From: Candidatus Uhrbacteria bacterium
Lineage (GTDB): Bacteria; Patescibacteriota; Patescibacteriia; SG8-24
Assembly: GCA_016929435.1 (NCBI GenBank)
Contig: JAFGIV010000013.1
Coordinates: 15,822 to 79,821 of the forward strand
Direction: 5' to 3'
Length of the DNA stretch: 64,000 nucleotides
Shown here in pieces: positions 27,551 to 36,967 of the stretch (positions are counted from its first letter, which is position 1; the number at the start of each line of letters is the position of its first letter). The position numbers and the translations under genes are program-made. The notes beneath the pieces are model-generated. The model was given only the letters and a program-made list of their open reading frames with translations. It did not search any database and was not told the DNA's origin.

Positions 27551-27710
27551 TTTCGCAAAGGCGGCAATTCCGACGGTTTCATGCCCTTGTTTCCCGTTGG
27601 GGTCCGTGCGATCTTTTTATTCGGATAGGTTCAGGCAAGATCGCATTATCGCTTATTTACAATAATAGCACAAGGGGCTGACCCCACGGGAGCCGTTCGG
27701 TCGGATTTTT

Positions 27711-27741
27711 AAAGACACCGATTTTCGATCGGTGTCTTTTT
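27711..27741. terminator. Bidirectional intrinsic terminator
   Basis: gacaccgat-tttcg-atcggtgtc, a perfect 9-bp stem flanked by A- and T-tracts; downstream of the LCP gene on the minus strand. Confidence 0.6.
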
Positions 27742-27769
27742 GCCCGACTTTCCAAATTCCTTCCCGATT

Positions 27770-29209
27770 TCAATTCGGCACGTCCCGCCCCAAAATGATC
27801 AGGATATCCGCGGACGGTTTTCCGGTTCCGGACGGGGCCGGGGAGACGGATATCTCCGGATCGGCGGTTCCCAGCCGCTTAGCCAGGTCCTCGATGTTCC
27901 CGGCCATTTTCCCGCCGGTGAGGTCCTGGATGGCCGTGCGGCTGCGGGCCTGGTTGCTGGCGTTGCCTATGTCGTGAATCCGGTAACCGAGGGTTTCCAG
28001 GGTTTTGGCGGTGTTGGCGGCCAATCCGGTTCGGGTGGTGCCGTTAAGGATCTCCAGCCTTATCTCGGACGGCTGGACGGCTTCCGGAGGATCGTCGTTC
28101 TTGGCCGTTTCCGTGGCGGTTTTCGGTGCGGCCACGATGTCGCTGGTTTCCCCGAACAGCCCTAGGGCCAACTGGCGCAGGCCGTTCCAGTCGCTGTTCC
28201 TGGGGACAAGGACATAGGCCCCGTTGACCGAGGCCGACATCAGCGGGGAATCCGGACCGTCACCGATGACCTTGTGGACGATCTGTCCGGGATCAACGGC
28301 CCGGCCGATCTTGGCCAGGCGCAGGATTTCCCCGAGCTGCAGGTTGGTCCTGAAATTGTCCCTGACGTCAGAGAGGAGGGAGGATACCGTTGCCGGATTG
28401 CGCAGGAACTTCAGGGTCAGCAGCTGGTCCTTCAGGGCCAGGAGCACCTTCTGCTGCCGTTTGGCCCGGGAAAAATCCGACCCTTCCCCATTGTTTCCGT
28501 GGCGGGATCGGGAATATTTAAGGGCCGTCTCCCCGTCCATCAGCTGCGTCCCTTTCCTGAACGACACCGCCTGGTATCCGTGGCTGTCGGTTGGGTAGGA
28601 ATAGTCCGTGAAATCCCGTTCAACATCAATTTCGACCCCTCCAAGGTCGTCGATGATTTTTCGGAATCCGCTGAAGTCGATTCGGACATGGTACGGTATC
28701 TCCATCCCCAGGAGCCCCTCGACGGTCGTTCGGGCCAGGTCTGCCCCGCTGCCCTCCTCGGCCGATTCGCCGTAGGCGTTGGCGGCGTTGATCTTCTGCC
28801 ACCCCCGTCCCTCAATTGGTGCCAGGAGATCGCGGGGGATGGAGAGCATGGCCACCCTGCTGTCCGATGGGCGGATGCTGGCGACGATGATGGTGTCGGT
28901 GAGCATCGGTCCGTCATGGCCCTTGCCGCCCATTCCCAGAAGCAGGATGTTGATCCGGTCTTCGGCTTCCCCCAGCAGGCGGCGGTCCGGACTGGCGATC
29001 AGGTGCATCTGACGGAAGATGGGGATGTCGTCCAGGCGGGTCAGGGCGGCGGCGGCCGTTTCCGTCAGGGAAAGGCGGCCCAGTCCGAAGGATACGGAGA
29101 ACATCAGGATCATGGCAAAAACCAAAAAGGCCCGGTTACCTTTCCGTCCCTTCCCCGTCGGGTTGGGGATGCGGGTGCCGTTCAGCAGGTTTATCTTGAC
29201 TGGATTCAT
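27770..29209 (-). CDS. LytR-CpsA-Psr (LCP) family cell-envelope phosphotransferase
   Basis: N-terminal TM anchor; LCP core (INILLLGMGGKGHDGPMLTDTIIVASIRP...MLSIPRDL). Confidence 0.8.
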   Translation of the reverse strand: MNPVKINLLNGTRIPNPTGKGRKGNRAFLVFAMILMFSVSFGLGRLSLTETAAAALTRLDDIPIFRQMHLIASPDRRLLGEAEDRINILLLGMGGKGHDGPMLTDTIIVASIRPSDSRVAMLSIPRDLLAPIEGRGWQKINAANAYGESAEEGSGADLARTTVEGLLGMEIPYHVRIDFSGFRKIIDDLGGVEIDVERDFTDYSYPTDSHGYQAVSFRKGTQLMDGETALKYSRSRHGNNGEGSDFSRAKRQQKVLLALKDQLLTLKFLRNPATVSSLLSDVRDNFRTNLQLGEILRLAKIGRAVDPGQIVHKVIGDGPDSPLMSASVNGAYVLVPRNSDWNGLRQLALGLFGETSDIVAAPKTATETAKNDDPPEAVQPSEIRLEILNGTTRTGLAANTAKTLETLGYRIHDIGNASNQARSRTAIQDLTGGKMAGNIEDLAKRLGTADPEISVSPAPSGTGKPSADILIILGRDVPN

Positions 29210-29340
29210 GTGAAGTTTCGCTTTCTGTATTATAATATACGAGTCAGCGCATAAATCAAGATGCGTTTCGGCCGCAGGGATGGCCGCGCGTTCTTAACTG
29301 ATGCGGTGGGGCAGGCCCCCGCCGTGTCGCCCCAAGCGTC

Positions 29341-30426
29341 ATGTCAAAGGTTTTCGTCACCGGAGTGGCCAGGGGCCAGGATCCGCAGCGGACAAAAAAG
29401 GCAATTGCCGAAGTTTTCCTGAAGGCCAGCAACGATTTGTCCTGGCTCAAGAAGGGTGATTTGGTCCTGCTGAAACCGGCCCTGAATTCGCCGGACCCGT
29501 ATCCGTCCACGACCGACCCGTTGGCGGTCGAGGCCGTGGCCGAACTGATCAAAGAGCGGGGCGGGCAGGTCGTTGTCGGCGACCAGAGCGGCATTGAGCA
29601 CGTCATTCAGACCGAAAGGGGGGTCTTTAGGGGCGATTCGGCCGATAATTTTCTGAAATCCGGAATGGGCAGGCCGGGACAGCATGAGTTTGCCGCCTTC
29701 GAGAAAGGGGACTGGAACGGCGGGTTCTATAATTTCAAACCGGAAGACGGCAGCCAGTGGCCGGACGGGTTTTGGGTTACCGAATGGATCCGCAGGGCCG
29801 ATCACATCGTCAACCTGCCGCGCCTGAGTACCCACTCCCAGGCCGGGGTCACTCTCGGTTTCAAGAATCTTGTCGGCCTGCTGCGTGAGGACAGCCGGAT
29901 GGAGTTTCACGCATCCGGCCCGATGTCGGTTTTTCCCCGCCTCTATGCGGCCGGAAGCGGCCTGAAGACGGGTTACGGGCGCCAGGGGGACTTTTGGAGA
30001 AAGGTTACGGAAATCAGCCTGGCGGTTCGGGACAGGATGAGGCTGACCTTGTTTTCCGGGACCAGGGCCCAGCTGACTTTCGGGCCGGACAGGAAGACGG
30101 TGGGGGTTTTTTCTGCCAAGGCCGTTGAGCCGGAGACCGGATTGGTTTTCGCCAGCGCCGATCCGGTGGCCGCCGAAGCGACGGCCATTGCCTTCATGTC
30201 ATTCCTTTACGGGCAATTGCCCCTGTCCGCCAGGATGCTCCAGAAATTACTGGTGGCCATGAACGGGAAGATCGGGGATTTGGGCCGCCAGCCGGTCTGG
30301 GACAACCCGTTTTTGCGCCACGCCCTGGATCTGGGGTTGGGGGAGAGGGCGGTTGACCTGGACATGACAGACGTGCCGGAAGGTTTGGTTGGGGAGATCG
30401 GGGGGAGGTTGGGACGACTGCCTTAA
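29341..30426 (+). CDS. DUF362 domain protein
   Basis: KVFVTGVARG...LKKGDLVLLKPALNSPDPYPSTTDPLAVEAVAELIKERGGQVVVGDQSG matches the conserved DUF362 N-terminal block. Confidence 0.5.
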   Translation: MSKVFVTGVARGQDPQRTKKAIAEVFLKASNDLSWLKKGDLVLLKPALNSPDPYPSTTDPLAVEAVAELIKERGGQVVVGDQSGIEHVIQTERGVFRGDSADNFLKSGMGRPGQHEFAAFEKGDWNGGFYNFKPEDGSQWPDGFWVTEWIRRADHIVNLPRLSTHSQAGVTLGFKNLVGLLREDSRMEFHASGPMSVFPRLYAAGSGLKTGYGRQGDFWRKVTEISLAVRDRMRLTLFSGTRAQLTFGPDRKTVGVFSAKAVEPETGLVFASADPVAAEATAIAFMSFLYGQLPLSARMLQKLLVAMNGKIGDLGRQPVWDNPFLRHALDLGLGERAVDLDMTDVPEGLVGEIGGRLGRLP

Positions 30427-30500
30427 TGCCGGACGGGTTGGTTTCGGTGCCATCCCAAAAACTTCCCTGTCAGACGTTGCTCCAACCGCAATACCGGGGC

Positions 30501-30529
30501 TTGACAACCGGATCCGAATAAGCTAGACT
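30501..30529 (+). promoter_or_regulatory. Sigma70-type promoter (TTGACA-17-TAGACT)
   Basis: Exact -35 hexamer, 17-bp spacer, good -10. Drives a roughly 175-nt leader ahead of the GNAT gene. Confidence 0.5.
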
Positions 30530-30705
30530 ATTTTTGCCTATGGATTGCGTCTATATAGCAACTTGCCGCCATCATGCGGGTGTCCTGCCAGGATCCCTGC
30601 CTGATTTGTGCTGAAGTCCAGTTGTCCATTAGACACAAGCGGGTAGTAGGGGTCCTGTCAGGGACCTTTTGTGGTTTTTGGCCAAATTGGCCGGAAAGGA
30701 AAGCC

Positions 30706-31239
30706 ATGTTAGTTCGAAAATTCGTTCCTTCAGACCTGGAAACCTTGGTTTCCATGTACATCGGGTCATTTTCAGAGCCTCCCTGGTATGAGGTCATTAC
30801 CCGGGAAGAGGCGGAAAAGACGTTTTCAGGGGCAATGGCCTATGAGGAGTCCGTTATCTTGACCGGAACGGACGATGACGGCAATCGGCCCATCGGTTCG
30901 GCAATCATGTTTGCGGTCAGCCGCAGGCACGACGTCGTTTCGCTGCTTTCGGGCGAGGACCGAGAGGCTGCCTACCTGGCGGAGGTTTTCGTCCATTCGG
31001 ACCATCGCCACTCTGGGGTGGCCAGCCGCCTGATCGGGGAGATGATGATCAATGCCGCCGCAATGGGGTTCCGTCGGTTCGCCGTAAGGACCTCGGTTGA
31101 CCAGCCGATCATTCGGCGCATCTTCGGCAGACTGGGCTTCTCGGAGGTTGCCGTGGATAGCGTGGAATCGATGAAGCTGGTCGGCGGAGCGATCCGTTCG
31201 GTGCCGGACCGGCGAGTCATAATGTGCGGGGACACCTGA
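30706..31239 (+). CDS. GNAT family N-acetyltransferase
   Basis: Acetyl-CoA binding motif region (VHSDHRHSGVASRLIGEM) and GNAT fold pattern. The upstream ORF extension (30574) is judged non-coding. Confidence 0.65.
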   Translation: MLVRKFVPSDLETLVSMYIGSFSEPPWYEVITREEAEKTFSGAMAYEESVILTGTDDDGNRPIGSAIMFAVSRRHDVVSLLSGEDREAAYLAEVFVHSDHRHSGVASRLIGEMMINAAAMGFRRFAVRTSVDQPIIRRIFGRLGFSEVAVDSVESMKLVGGAIRSVPDRRVIMCGDT

Positions 31240-31330
31240 TCCCGCTTTCCGTGGGGGGATGGCATCTCATCCCCCCACGCCTTCACCAATTAACGCCAGG
31301 GGCGAAACGGCAAATAACCTACAGGGCAAT

Positions 31331-32419
31331 ATGGACAAGGCAGTGGAAATCCTTCGGGAAATAGTCCGAATCCCGTCTTTTGTCGGGAACGGACAGGACG
31401 AGTCGGCCATGGCCGATGCCGTCCGGGAAATGCTTCGGGATTTGGGTGGCCGGTGGAAGGTTACCGAACAGGCGGTGGAAGGAAGGCGGCGCAACGTTTT
31501 CGTGTCCAATTCCCCTGATCCCAAGCTGCTGTTTTTGGCCCACATGGACACCGTGCCGCCGAGCGCCGCCTGGTCCAGGGACCCCTTTGCCGCCGAAATA
31601 GAGGGAGGCCGCCTCTATGGCCTGGGGGCGGTGGACATGAAGGCCGGGTTGGCCGCGATAGTCGATGCCCTGACGGAAAGGAAGGATACCGCCGTGCCGA
31701 CGGCCGCCCTGTTCTATGTGGGCGAGGAGTACGATTTTTGCGGCATGAGGAGGTTCATCGCCGAAAGTCGGCTGGCTCCGGAAACCGTCATCGTTCCCGA
31801 ACCGACTGACCTGAAGGTCTATCAGGGATGTCGGGCCGTGATCGGGGGCGTCATGACGGTAATCGGCAGGACCGGGCACTCGGCCATGAGCCGGGGGACG
31901 GTCAATGCCATTACGGCCGGGTTCCGGGCCCTGTCCGCCCTGGAACGACGCTTGGCCGAAGAGAGGGACGACCGTCTCGGGACATCCAGCCTTAACGTCG
32001 CCGGTTCCGCCGGCGGTGTCCGCCAGGACGGCCGGATCGCGATCGTGGAAAACATGGTCCCTGACTTTGCCCGGTTCAACTTTTCCGTCCGGGCCTCGAC
32101 CCCTTCGGCGGCGGATCTGTCTCTCATAACGAAGGTGGTGGGGCGGGAACTGGAGGGTTGCGGGGCAAAACTGGAGTCTTGCGATTGCCTGGGGACCGGT
32201 GTGATGAAATCCACCGGGAGGTTTGCGGGCTTTCCGGAATTCGAACGGGGGGACGAGTCGGCCTTCGGCTATACCGATTCGGAAATGCTGGTGTCGGCCT
32301 TCGGCGGCAACCCGGTCGTCTGCGGACCCGGACCGATGGGCATGGCCCACTGTCCGGACGAGTATGTTGACCTGGACGAATTCGGAAGGATGACGGATGA
32401 GCTGAGGAAAATGCTGTAA
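31331..32419 (+). CDS. M20 family metallopeptidase (ArgE/DapE-like deacylase)
   Basis: HMDTVP metal-binding motif, GAVDMKAG, and a dimerisation-domain insert. The ORF starts at 31259; MDKAVEIL (31331) is preferred. Confidence 0.7.
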   Translation: MDKAVEILREIVRIPSFVGNGQDESAMADAVREMLRDLGGRWKVTEQAVEGRRRNVFVSNSPDPKLLFLAHMDTVPPSAAWSRDPFAAEIEGGRLYGLGAVDMKAGLAAIVDALTERKDTAVPTAALFYVGEEYDFCGMRRFIAESRLAPETVIVPEPTDLKVYQGCRAVIGGVMTVIGRTGHSAMSRGTVNAITAGFRALSALERRLAEERDDRLGTSSLNVAGSAGGVRQDGRIAIVENMVPDFARFNFSVRASTPSAADLSLITKVVGRELEGCGAKLESCDCLGTGVMKSTGRFAGFPEFERGDESAFGYTDSEMLVSAFGGNPVVCGPGPMGMAHCPDEYVDLDEFGRMTDELRKML

Positions 32420-32450
32420 GGAAGGGTCCAAGACAGAGGAGGGGACTGTC

Positions 32451-32463
32451 CCCGGCAGGACCG
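32451..32463. repeat. REP-like core copy (ggggactgtcccc)
   Basis: Core palindrome only; forms a doublet with the 32512 copy. Confidence 0.45.
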
Positions 32464-32511
32464 GCTTTTTCGGACGGCACACGGGGTCCAGGACGGCGTT
32501 TTTAAGCCGGG

Positions 32512-32540
32512 GACTGTCCCTTGCCTTAAAAGTTTAAACT
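32512..32540. repeat. REP-like palindrome copy (imperfect)
   Basis: ttaagccggggactgtcccttgccttaaa; overlaps the stop region of the RAYT gene. Confidence 0.55.
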
Positions 32541-33145
32541 CCGTCGAATTTCATCAAATTTGATTCTTCGGAAAAGCTCGTCAGATGACCGATCTCCATC
32601 CTGTGCTCGGTCAATTCCCTATGGGCCCGATGCCGGCTCAACGGATCATCGCCGATTGATAGGTATTGGTCGTCGAAAGTGATGATTCTGTCGTGCGGAG
32701 AAGAGGTGTGCCCACGGTAGCTGGTCCATCGGTATTGTTCCGGCCGTTCGCACAGGCCACTCCTTACGGGATTCAACTCTATGTAAGAAGAACAGGTTGC
32801 GAAGTAGATTTCGTCAGAAATCAGCTTACTTTTGAACCTGTCCTGCCACAGGTGTCCGATCCCGCCGTACTTGTTCCTGTGCCAGATCGAGTATCCCTGT
32901 TCGATCATCTTCATGGCCAAGGAAAGACATCCGGCATTTAGAGAATCGACCAGGAGATGATAGTGATTCGGCATCCAGGCATAATAGAATATCCTGATGC
33001 CTGTTTTTCGTTTGGCCCTAAGGATCAGCTGGCGGAATTTTAGACAGTCTTCATCGTCGTGAAACACAGGTTTTTTGTTGTTGCCTCGGTTATAGACATG
33101 AAATATCCCCACATCACCGATGACACCCCTTGGTTTTCTGGGCAT
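32534..33145 (-). CDS. IS200/IS605-like HuH tyrosine transposase, REP-associated (RAYT-like)
   Basis: HuH motif MPNHYHLLV; C-terminal catalytic Tyr region QYRWTSY; about 200 aa. Flanked on both sides by REP-like palindromes. Confidence 0.7.
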   Translation of the reverse strand: MPRKPRGVIGDVGIFHVYNRGNNKKPVFHDDEDCLKFRQLILRAKRKTGIRIFYYAWMPNHYHLLVDSLNAGCLSLAMKMIEQGYSIWHRNKYGGIGHLWQDRFKSKLISDEIYFATCSSYIELNPVRSGLCERPEQYRWTSYRGHTSSPHDRIITFDDQYLSIGDDPLSRHRAHRELTEHRMEIGHLTSFSEESNLMKFDGV

Positions 33146-33276
33146 AGTGCGATGTTTTTACGCCTTGCCCAGAAATATTGCAAATTCAATTTTTTAGCTT
33201 TGGTTGGCAAAAAGGGTTATACGGTTGATGTTTTGATTGAGCATTTCTCGTATTTGATTGTTGATAACCTGAAAAG

Positions 33277-33306
33277 TTTAAGGCAAGGGACAGTCCCCAG
33301 CTTAAA
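33277..33306. repeat. REP-like palindrome copy
   Basis: tttaaggcaagggacagtccccagcttaaa. Confidence 0.6.
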
Positions 33307-33333
33307 AAATTTATAAACAGGTCGGCTTTTCGC

Positions 33334-33362
33334 TTGACACCAGAACCGATAGCTGGTATTTT
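33334..33362 (+). promoter_or_regulatory. Sigma70-type promoter (TTGACA-17-TATTTT) for the rpsL operon
   Basis: Sequence match; about 130 nt upstream of rpsL. Confidence 0.45.
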
Positions 33363-33489
33363 ACGGCTAACGCGACTGCGATTTTTTTGTTGCGGTCCGC
33401 CTGTCCGTAAATAGCTGCTGCGGCGGGTGCGATGTCGTGGCTGACATCGGGCGCAAACCGTCATTATTAAGATAACCTGAAAATCGGCT

Positions 33490-33909
33490 ATGCCGACAAT
33501 GAATCAGCTGATTCGTCGGGGGCGCAAGACGGCCAAGGTGAAATCCAAGACACCGGCCCTTCAGTTCACCCTCGATTCGCTTCACCGCCGCAAGACCGAC
33601 CTGAAGAAGGGTTCGGCCTTCAAGCGCGGGGTCTGCGTCAAGGTCACCACCACCACCCCGAAGAAGCCTAACTCGGCCCTTCGGAAGATTGCCCGTGTCC
33701 GCCTGTCGAACGGCATGGAAGTCACCGCCTACATTCCCGGCGTCGGACACAACCTGCAGGAGCACTCCATCGTCATGCTGCGGGGCGGCCGCGTCAAGGA
33801 CCTTCCGGGTGTCCGGTACCACATTGTCCGGGGCGTTTATGATACCCAGGGCGTACAGAACCGCCGTCGGAGCCGTTCCGTCTACGGCGCCAAAAGGCCC
33901 AAGGCCTAA
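33490..33909 (+). CDS. rpsL: 30S ribosomal protein S12
   Basis: [14 protein letters not shown]...[10 protein letters not shown], near-universal S12 sequence. Confidence 0.95.
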   Translation: MPTMNQLIRRGRKTAKVKSKTPALQFTLDSLHRRKTDLKKGSAFKRGVCVKVTTTTPKKPNSALRKIARVRLSNGMEVTAYIPGVGHNLQEHSIVMLRGGRVKDLPGVRYHIVRGVYDTQGVQNRRRSRSVYGAKRPKA

Positions 33910-33925
33910 TTAAGGTCGAACGACT

Positions 33926-34393
33926 ATGAGAGGAAAGAAAGCGACAAGGCGCGAAATCCGTCCGGATTCCAAGTTCGGGAACCAGACCGTCGCCAAGCTC
34001 ATCAACTACATAATGCTGGACGGAAAGAAATCCGTCGCCCGGGGAATCGTCTATGAGGCCCTGGACACCGTCTCCAAGAGGACCGAGAAGGATCCCCTGG
34101 ACGTATTCGACGAGGCGATGAAAAACATCACCCCAACGGTCGAGACCAAGTCCAAGCGGGTCGGCGGCGCCAATTACCAGGTGCCAATGCCGGTTCGGGG
34201 CGAGCGTCGGATGGCGCTGGCCTTCCGTTGGCTGATCGAGGCCGCCCGCCGGAAGAAGGGGAAATCAATGGGTAGCCGCCTGGCCTCCGAGCTTATGGCC
34301 GCAGCCCAGGGGGAGGGCGACGCCGTCAAGAAGAAGATGGACGTCCATCGGATGGCCGAGGCCAACCGGGCCTTCGCCCACTTCTCCCGTTAG
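33926..34393 (+). CDS. rpsG: 30S ribosomal protein S7
   Basis: 155 aa, S7 pattern; str operon order. Confidence 0.92.
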   Translation: MRGKKATRREIRPDSKFGNQTVAKLINYIMLDGKKSVARGIVYEALDTVSKRTEKDPLDVFDEAMKNITPTVETKSKRVGGANYQVPMPVRGERRMALAFRWLIEAARRKKGKSMGSRLASELMAAAQGEGDAVKKKMDVHRMAEANRAFAHFSR

Positions 34394-34414
34394 CGGCGAT
34401 CCCGTCATCCTGAT

Positions 34415-36508
34415 ATGTCAAGACAATTTTCCTTGGATCGAATCCGGAACATAGGCATCATCGCCCACATCGACGCCGGGAAGACCACCTTCAGCGAACG
34501 GGTCCTGTTCTATACCGGAAAGAAGCACAAGATCGGCGAGGTGCACGATGGGGGGGCCACCATGGACTGGATGGACCAGGAACAGGAGCGGGGCATCACC
34601 ATCACCTCCGCCGCCACCACCTGCCTTTGGAAGGACCACCAGATCAACCTGATCGACACCCCCGGACACATCGACTTTACGGTCGAGGTCAAGCGGTCCC
34701 TGCGCGTCCTGGACGGTGCGGTCGTCGTCTTTGACGGCGTGGCCGGAGTGGAGCCGCAGTCCGAGACCAACTGGCGCTATGCCGACGATTTTCGCGTTCC
34801 GCGGTTCTGTTTCATCAACAAGCTGGACCGGACAGGGGCGGATTTTTACGCTGACCTGAAGTCCATCCACACCCGACTTACCCCGAACGCCTATGCCATG
34901 CAGCTGCCGATCGGGACAGAGGCCAATTTCGTCGGGATCGTGGATCTCCTGACCCGTCGGGCCGAGATATACAGGGACGACATGGGTAAGGACATAGAGG
35001 AAACCGACTGTCCGGAGGACCTTAAGCCGAAGATGGAGGAATACCGAGCCAGGCTGATTGAGGCGATCGTCGAGAACGACGAGGCCATGATGGAGAAGTA
35101 CCTGGCCGGTGAGGAGCCTTCGCTCCAGGACCTGAAGCGGGCCCTACGCAAGGCGGTCATCAACCTGAACGTCATTCCGGTGTTCTGCGGCACTGCCCTG
35201 AAGAACAAGGGCATCCAGTTCGTCCTGGATGCGGTCGTCGATTACCTGCCGTCCCCGCTGGACGTGCCGGCTGTCAAGGGAATCGACCCGCGCGACGACG
35301 AGAAGGTCCTGGAGCGCGACCCGAGCGACGACGAGCCGTTCGCTGCCCTGGCCTTCAAGATATACGCAGACCCGTTCGTGGGTAAGCTCTGCTTCTTCCG
35401 CGTCTATTCCGGTGTCCTGAAGGCCGGTTCCTACATCGTCAACACCACCACCGGAAACAAGGAGCGGATCGGCCGCATCCTGCGGATGCACGCCAACTCC
35501 CGGGAGGAGATCGAGGAGGTCAGGACCGGGGACATCGCCGCGGCCGTTGGCCTGAAGAACACCTTCACCGGCGATTCCCTCTGCGAGGAGGACCACCAGA
35601 TCACCCTGGAGAAGATGACGTTCCCCGAGCCGGTCATCCACCTGGCCGTTGAGCCGAAGACCAAGGCCGACCAGGAGAAGCTGGCCGTGGCCCTGCAGAA
35701 GCTGGCCGAGGAGGATCCGACGTTTACGGTTCGTACCGACGAGGAAACCACCCAGACGATCATCGGCGGCATGGGGGAGCTGCACCTGGACGTAATCGTC
35801 GAGCGGCTGCGGCGGGAATTCAGCGTGGAATGCAATACCGGCAGCCCGCAGGTCGCCTACAGGGAGACCATCACCAGGTCGGCCGAGGCCGAAGGCAAGT
35901 ACGTCAAGCAATCCGGCGGCCGCGGCCAATATGGCCACTGTTGGATACGGGTCGAGCGGATTCCGGAGGAAGAGCGGGCGGAAAAGGGCAATTTTGCCTT
36001 CCTTGACGAGATCAAGGGAGGCGTCATCCCGCGGGAATACATCCCGGCCATCGGTAAGGGCATCAAGGAGGCCATGGCGACCGGCGTGGTCGCCGGCTAC
36101 CCGATGATCGGCATCCAGGCTGCCGTATATGACGGCACCTACCACGACGTCGATTCCTCGGAGGTGGCCTTCAAGATCGCAGGTTCGATGGGCTTCAAGG
36201 ACGCCTGCCGGAAGGCCGGACCGGTTCTCCTGGAGCCGATCATGAAGGTGGAGGTCATCGTTCCCGAGGATTTCATGGGAGACTGCATCGGCGACCTGTC
36301 ATCGAAGCGCGGCCAGATCAAGGAGATGCGCGACCGCACCAACGGCATCAAGGCGATCGAGGCCTCCGTTCCGCTGTCCGAGATGTTCGGATACGCCACC
36401 CAGTTGCGCTCAATGACCCAAGGCCGCGGTTCCTATACCATGGAATTCAATTCCTACGAACCGGTCCCGAAGAACGTTGAGGAGGCCATCAAGGCAGGGA
36501 AGAAATAG
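34415..36508 (+). CDS. fusA: Elongation factor G
   Basis: G1-G4 motifs ([18 protein letters not shown]); 697 aa. Confidence 0.95.
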   Translation: MSRQFSLDRIRNIGIIAHIDAGKTTFSERVLFYTGKKHKIGEVHDGGATMDWMDQEQERGITITSAATTCLWKDHQINLIDTPGHIDFTVEVKRSLRVLDGAVVVFDGVAGVEPQSETNWRYADDFRVPRFCFINKLDRTGADFYADLKSIHTRLTPNAYAMQLPIGTEANFVGIVDLLTRRAEIYRDDMGKDIEETDCPEDLKPKMEEYRARLIEAIVENDEAMMEKYLAGEEPSLQDLKRALRKAVINLNVIPVFCGTALKNKGIQFVLDAVVDYLPSPLDVPAVKGIDPRDDEKVLERDPSDDEPFAALAFKIYADPFVGKLCFFRVYSGVLKAGSYIVNTTTGNKERIGRILRMHANSREEIEEVRTGDIAAAVGLKNTFTGDSLCEEDHQITLEKMTFPEPVIHLAVEPKTKADQEKLAVALQKLAEEDPTFTVRTDEETTQTIIGGMGELHLDVIVERLRREFSVECNTGSPQVAYRETITRSAEAEGKYVKQSGGRGQYGHCWIRVERIPEEERAEKGNFAFLDEIKGGVIPREYIPAIGKGIKEAMATGVVAGYPMIGIQAAVYDGTYHDVDSSEVAFKIAGSMGFKDACRKAGPVLLEPIMKVEVIVPEDFMGDCIGDLSSKRGQIKEMRDRTNGIKAIEASVPLSEMFGYATQLRSMTQGRGSYTMEFNSYEPVPKNVEEAIKAGKK

Positions 36509-36527
36509 TCCCCATCAAAAAAATCCA

Positions 36528-36578
36528 AGCATAAGATCGGCATCCCCGTCCGTCAGGCCATGGCCTGCGTGGGGGTGC
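36528..36578 (+). terminator. Compound hairpin downstream of fusA
   Basis: atcggcatcccc...caggccatggcctg...gggggtgccgat nested inverted repeats followed by a T-tract. Confidence 0.4.
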
Positions 36579-36628
36579 CGATTTTGGATCAAAAAATCAC
36601 CCTCAGACGGTTTTTAGGAACGAATCAT

Positions 36629-36657
36629 TTTAAGGCGGGGGACAGTCCCCAGCTTAA
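36629..36657. repeat. REP-like palindrome copy
   Basis: ttaaggcgggggacagtccccagcttaaa. Confidence 0.65.
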
Positions 36658-36701
36658 ATTCCGTTGGAAATTAGAGGTGACCGCTTAAATTTGGTTAGAT
36701 A

Positions 36702-36731
36702 CTTAAGGCAGGGGACTGTCCCCTGCCTTAA
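36702..36731. repeat. REP-like palindrome copy (perfect 29-bp palindrome)
   Basis: cttaaggcaggggactgtcccctgccttaaag; forms a doublet with the 36629 copy. Confidence 0.7.
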
Positions 36732-36907
36732 AGTTTGCGGACTCCCGACACACGGCGGAGACGGGACACCGCCCCGAACATGACGGCGGTTCCGGTTATC
36801 GGCATGCGAAAAGCCACGGACGGTTCCGGGAATGAAGGAATCTTTGGTGATCCGGACGGATCAAGAAAGGGGCATGAGCAGTTATTCGAGATCTGACCTG
36901 CTACCGA

Positions 36908-36930
36908 TAAGGCGGGGGATGTCCCCGGAT
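36908..36930. repeat. Degenerate REP-like copy
   Basis: ataaggcgggggatgtccccggatttg. Confidence 0.35.
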
Positions 36931-36959
36931 TTGAGCAAAACCGTCAATTAAGCTAAAAT
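36931..36959 (+). promoter_or_regulatory. Sigma70-type promoter (TTGAGC-17-TAAAAT) for tyrS
   Basis: Sequence match 8 nt upstream of the tyrS ATG region. Confidence 0.4.
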
Positions 36960-36967
36960 CCCATCAT

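Noticed and set aside
30574-30705. N-terminal extension of the GNAT ORF (MRVSCQDPCLICAEVQ...)
   Set aside because: The extension overlaps a promoter-proximal structured leader and has no GNAT homology. The Met at 30706 gives a canonical-length GNAT.
25471-36731. Considered whether the repeated palindromes form a CRISPR array
   Set aside because: Copies are themselves palindromic, irregularly spaced (tens of bp to kb), scattered between unrelated genes, and lack uniform unique spacers. No cas genes are present. The pattern is REP/REPIN-like.
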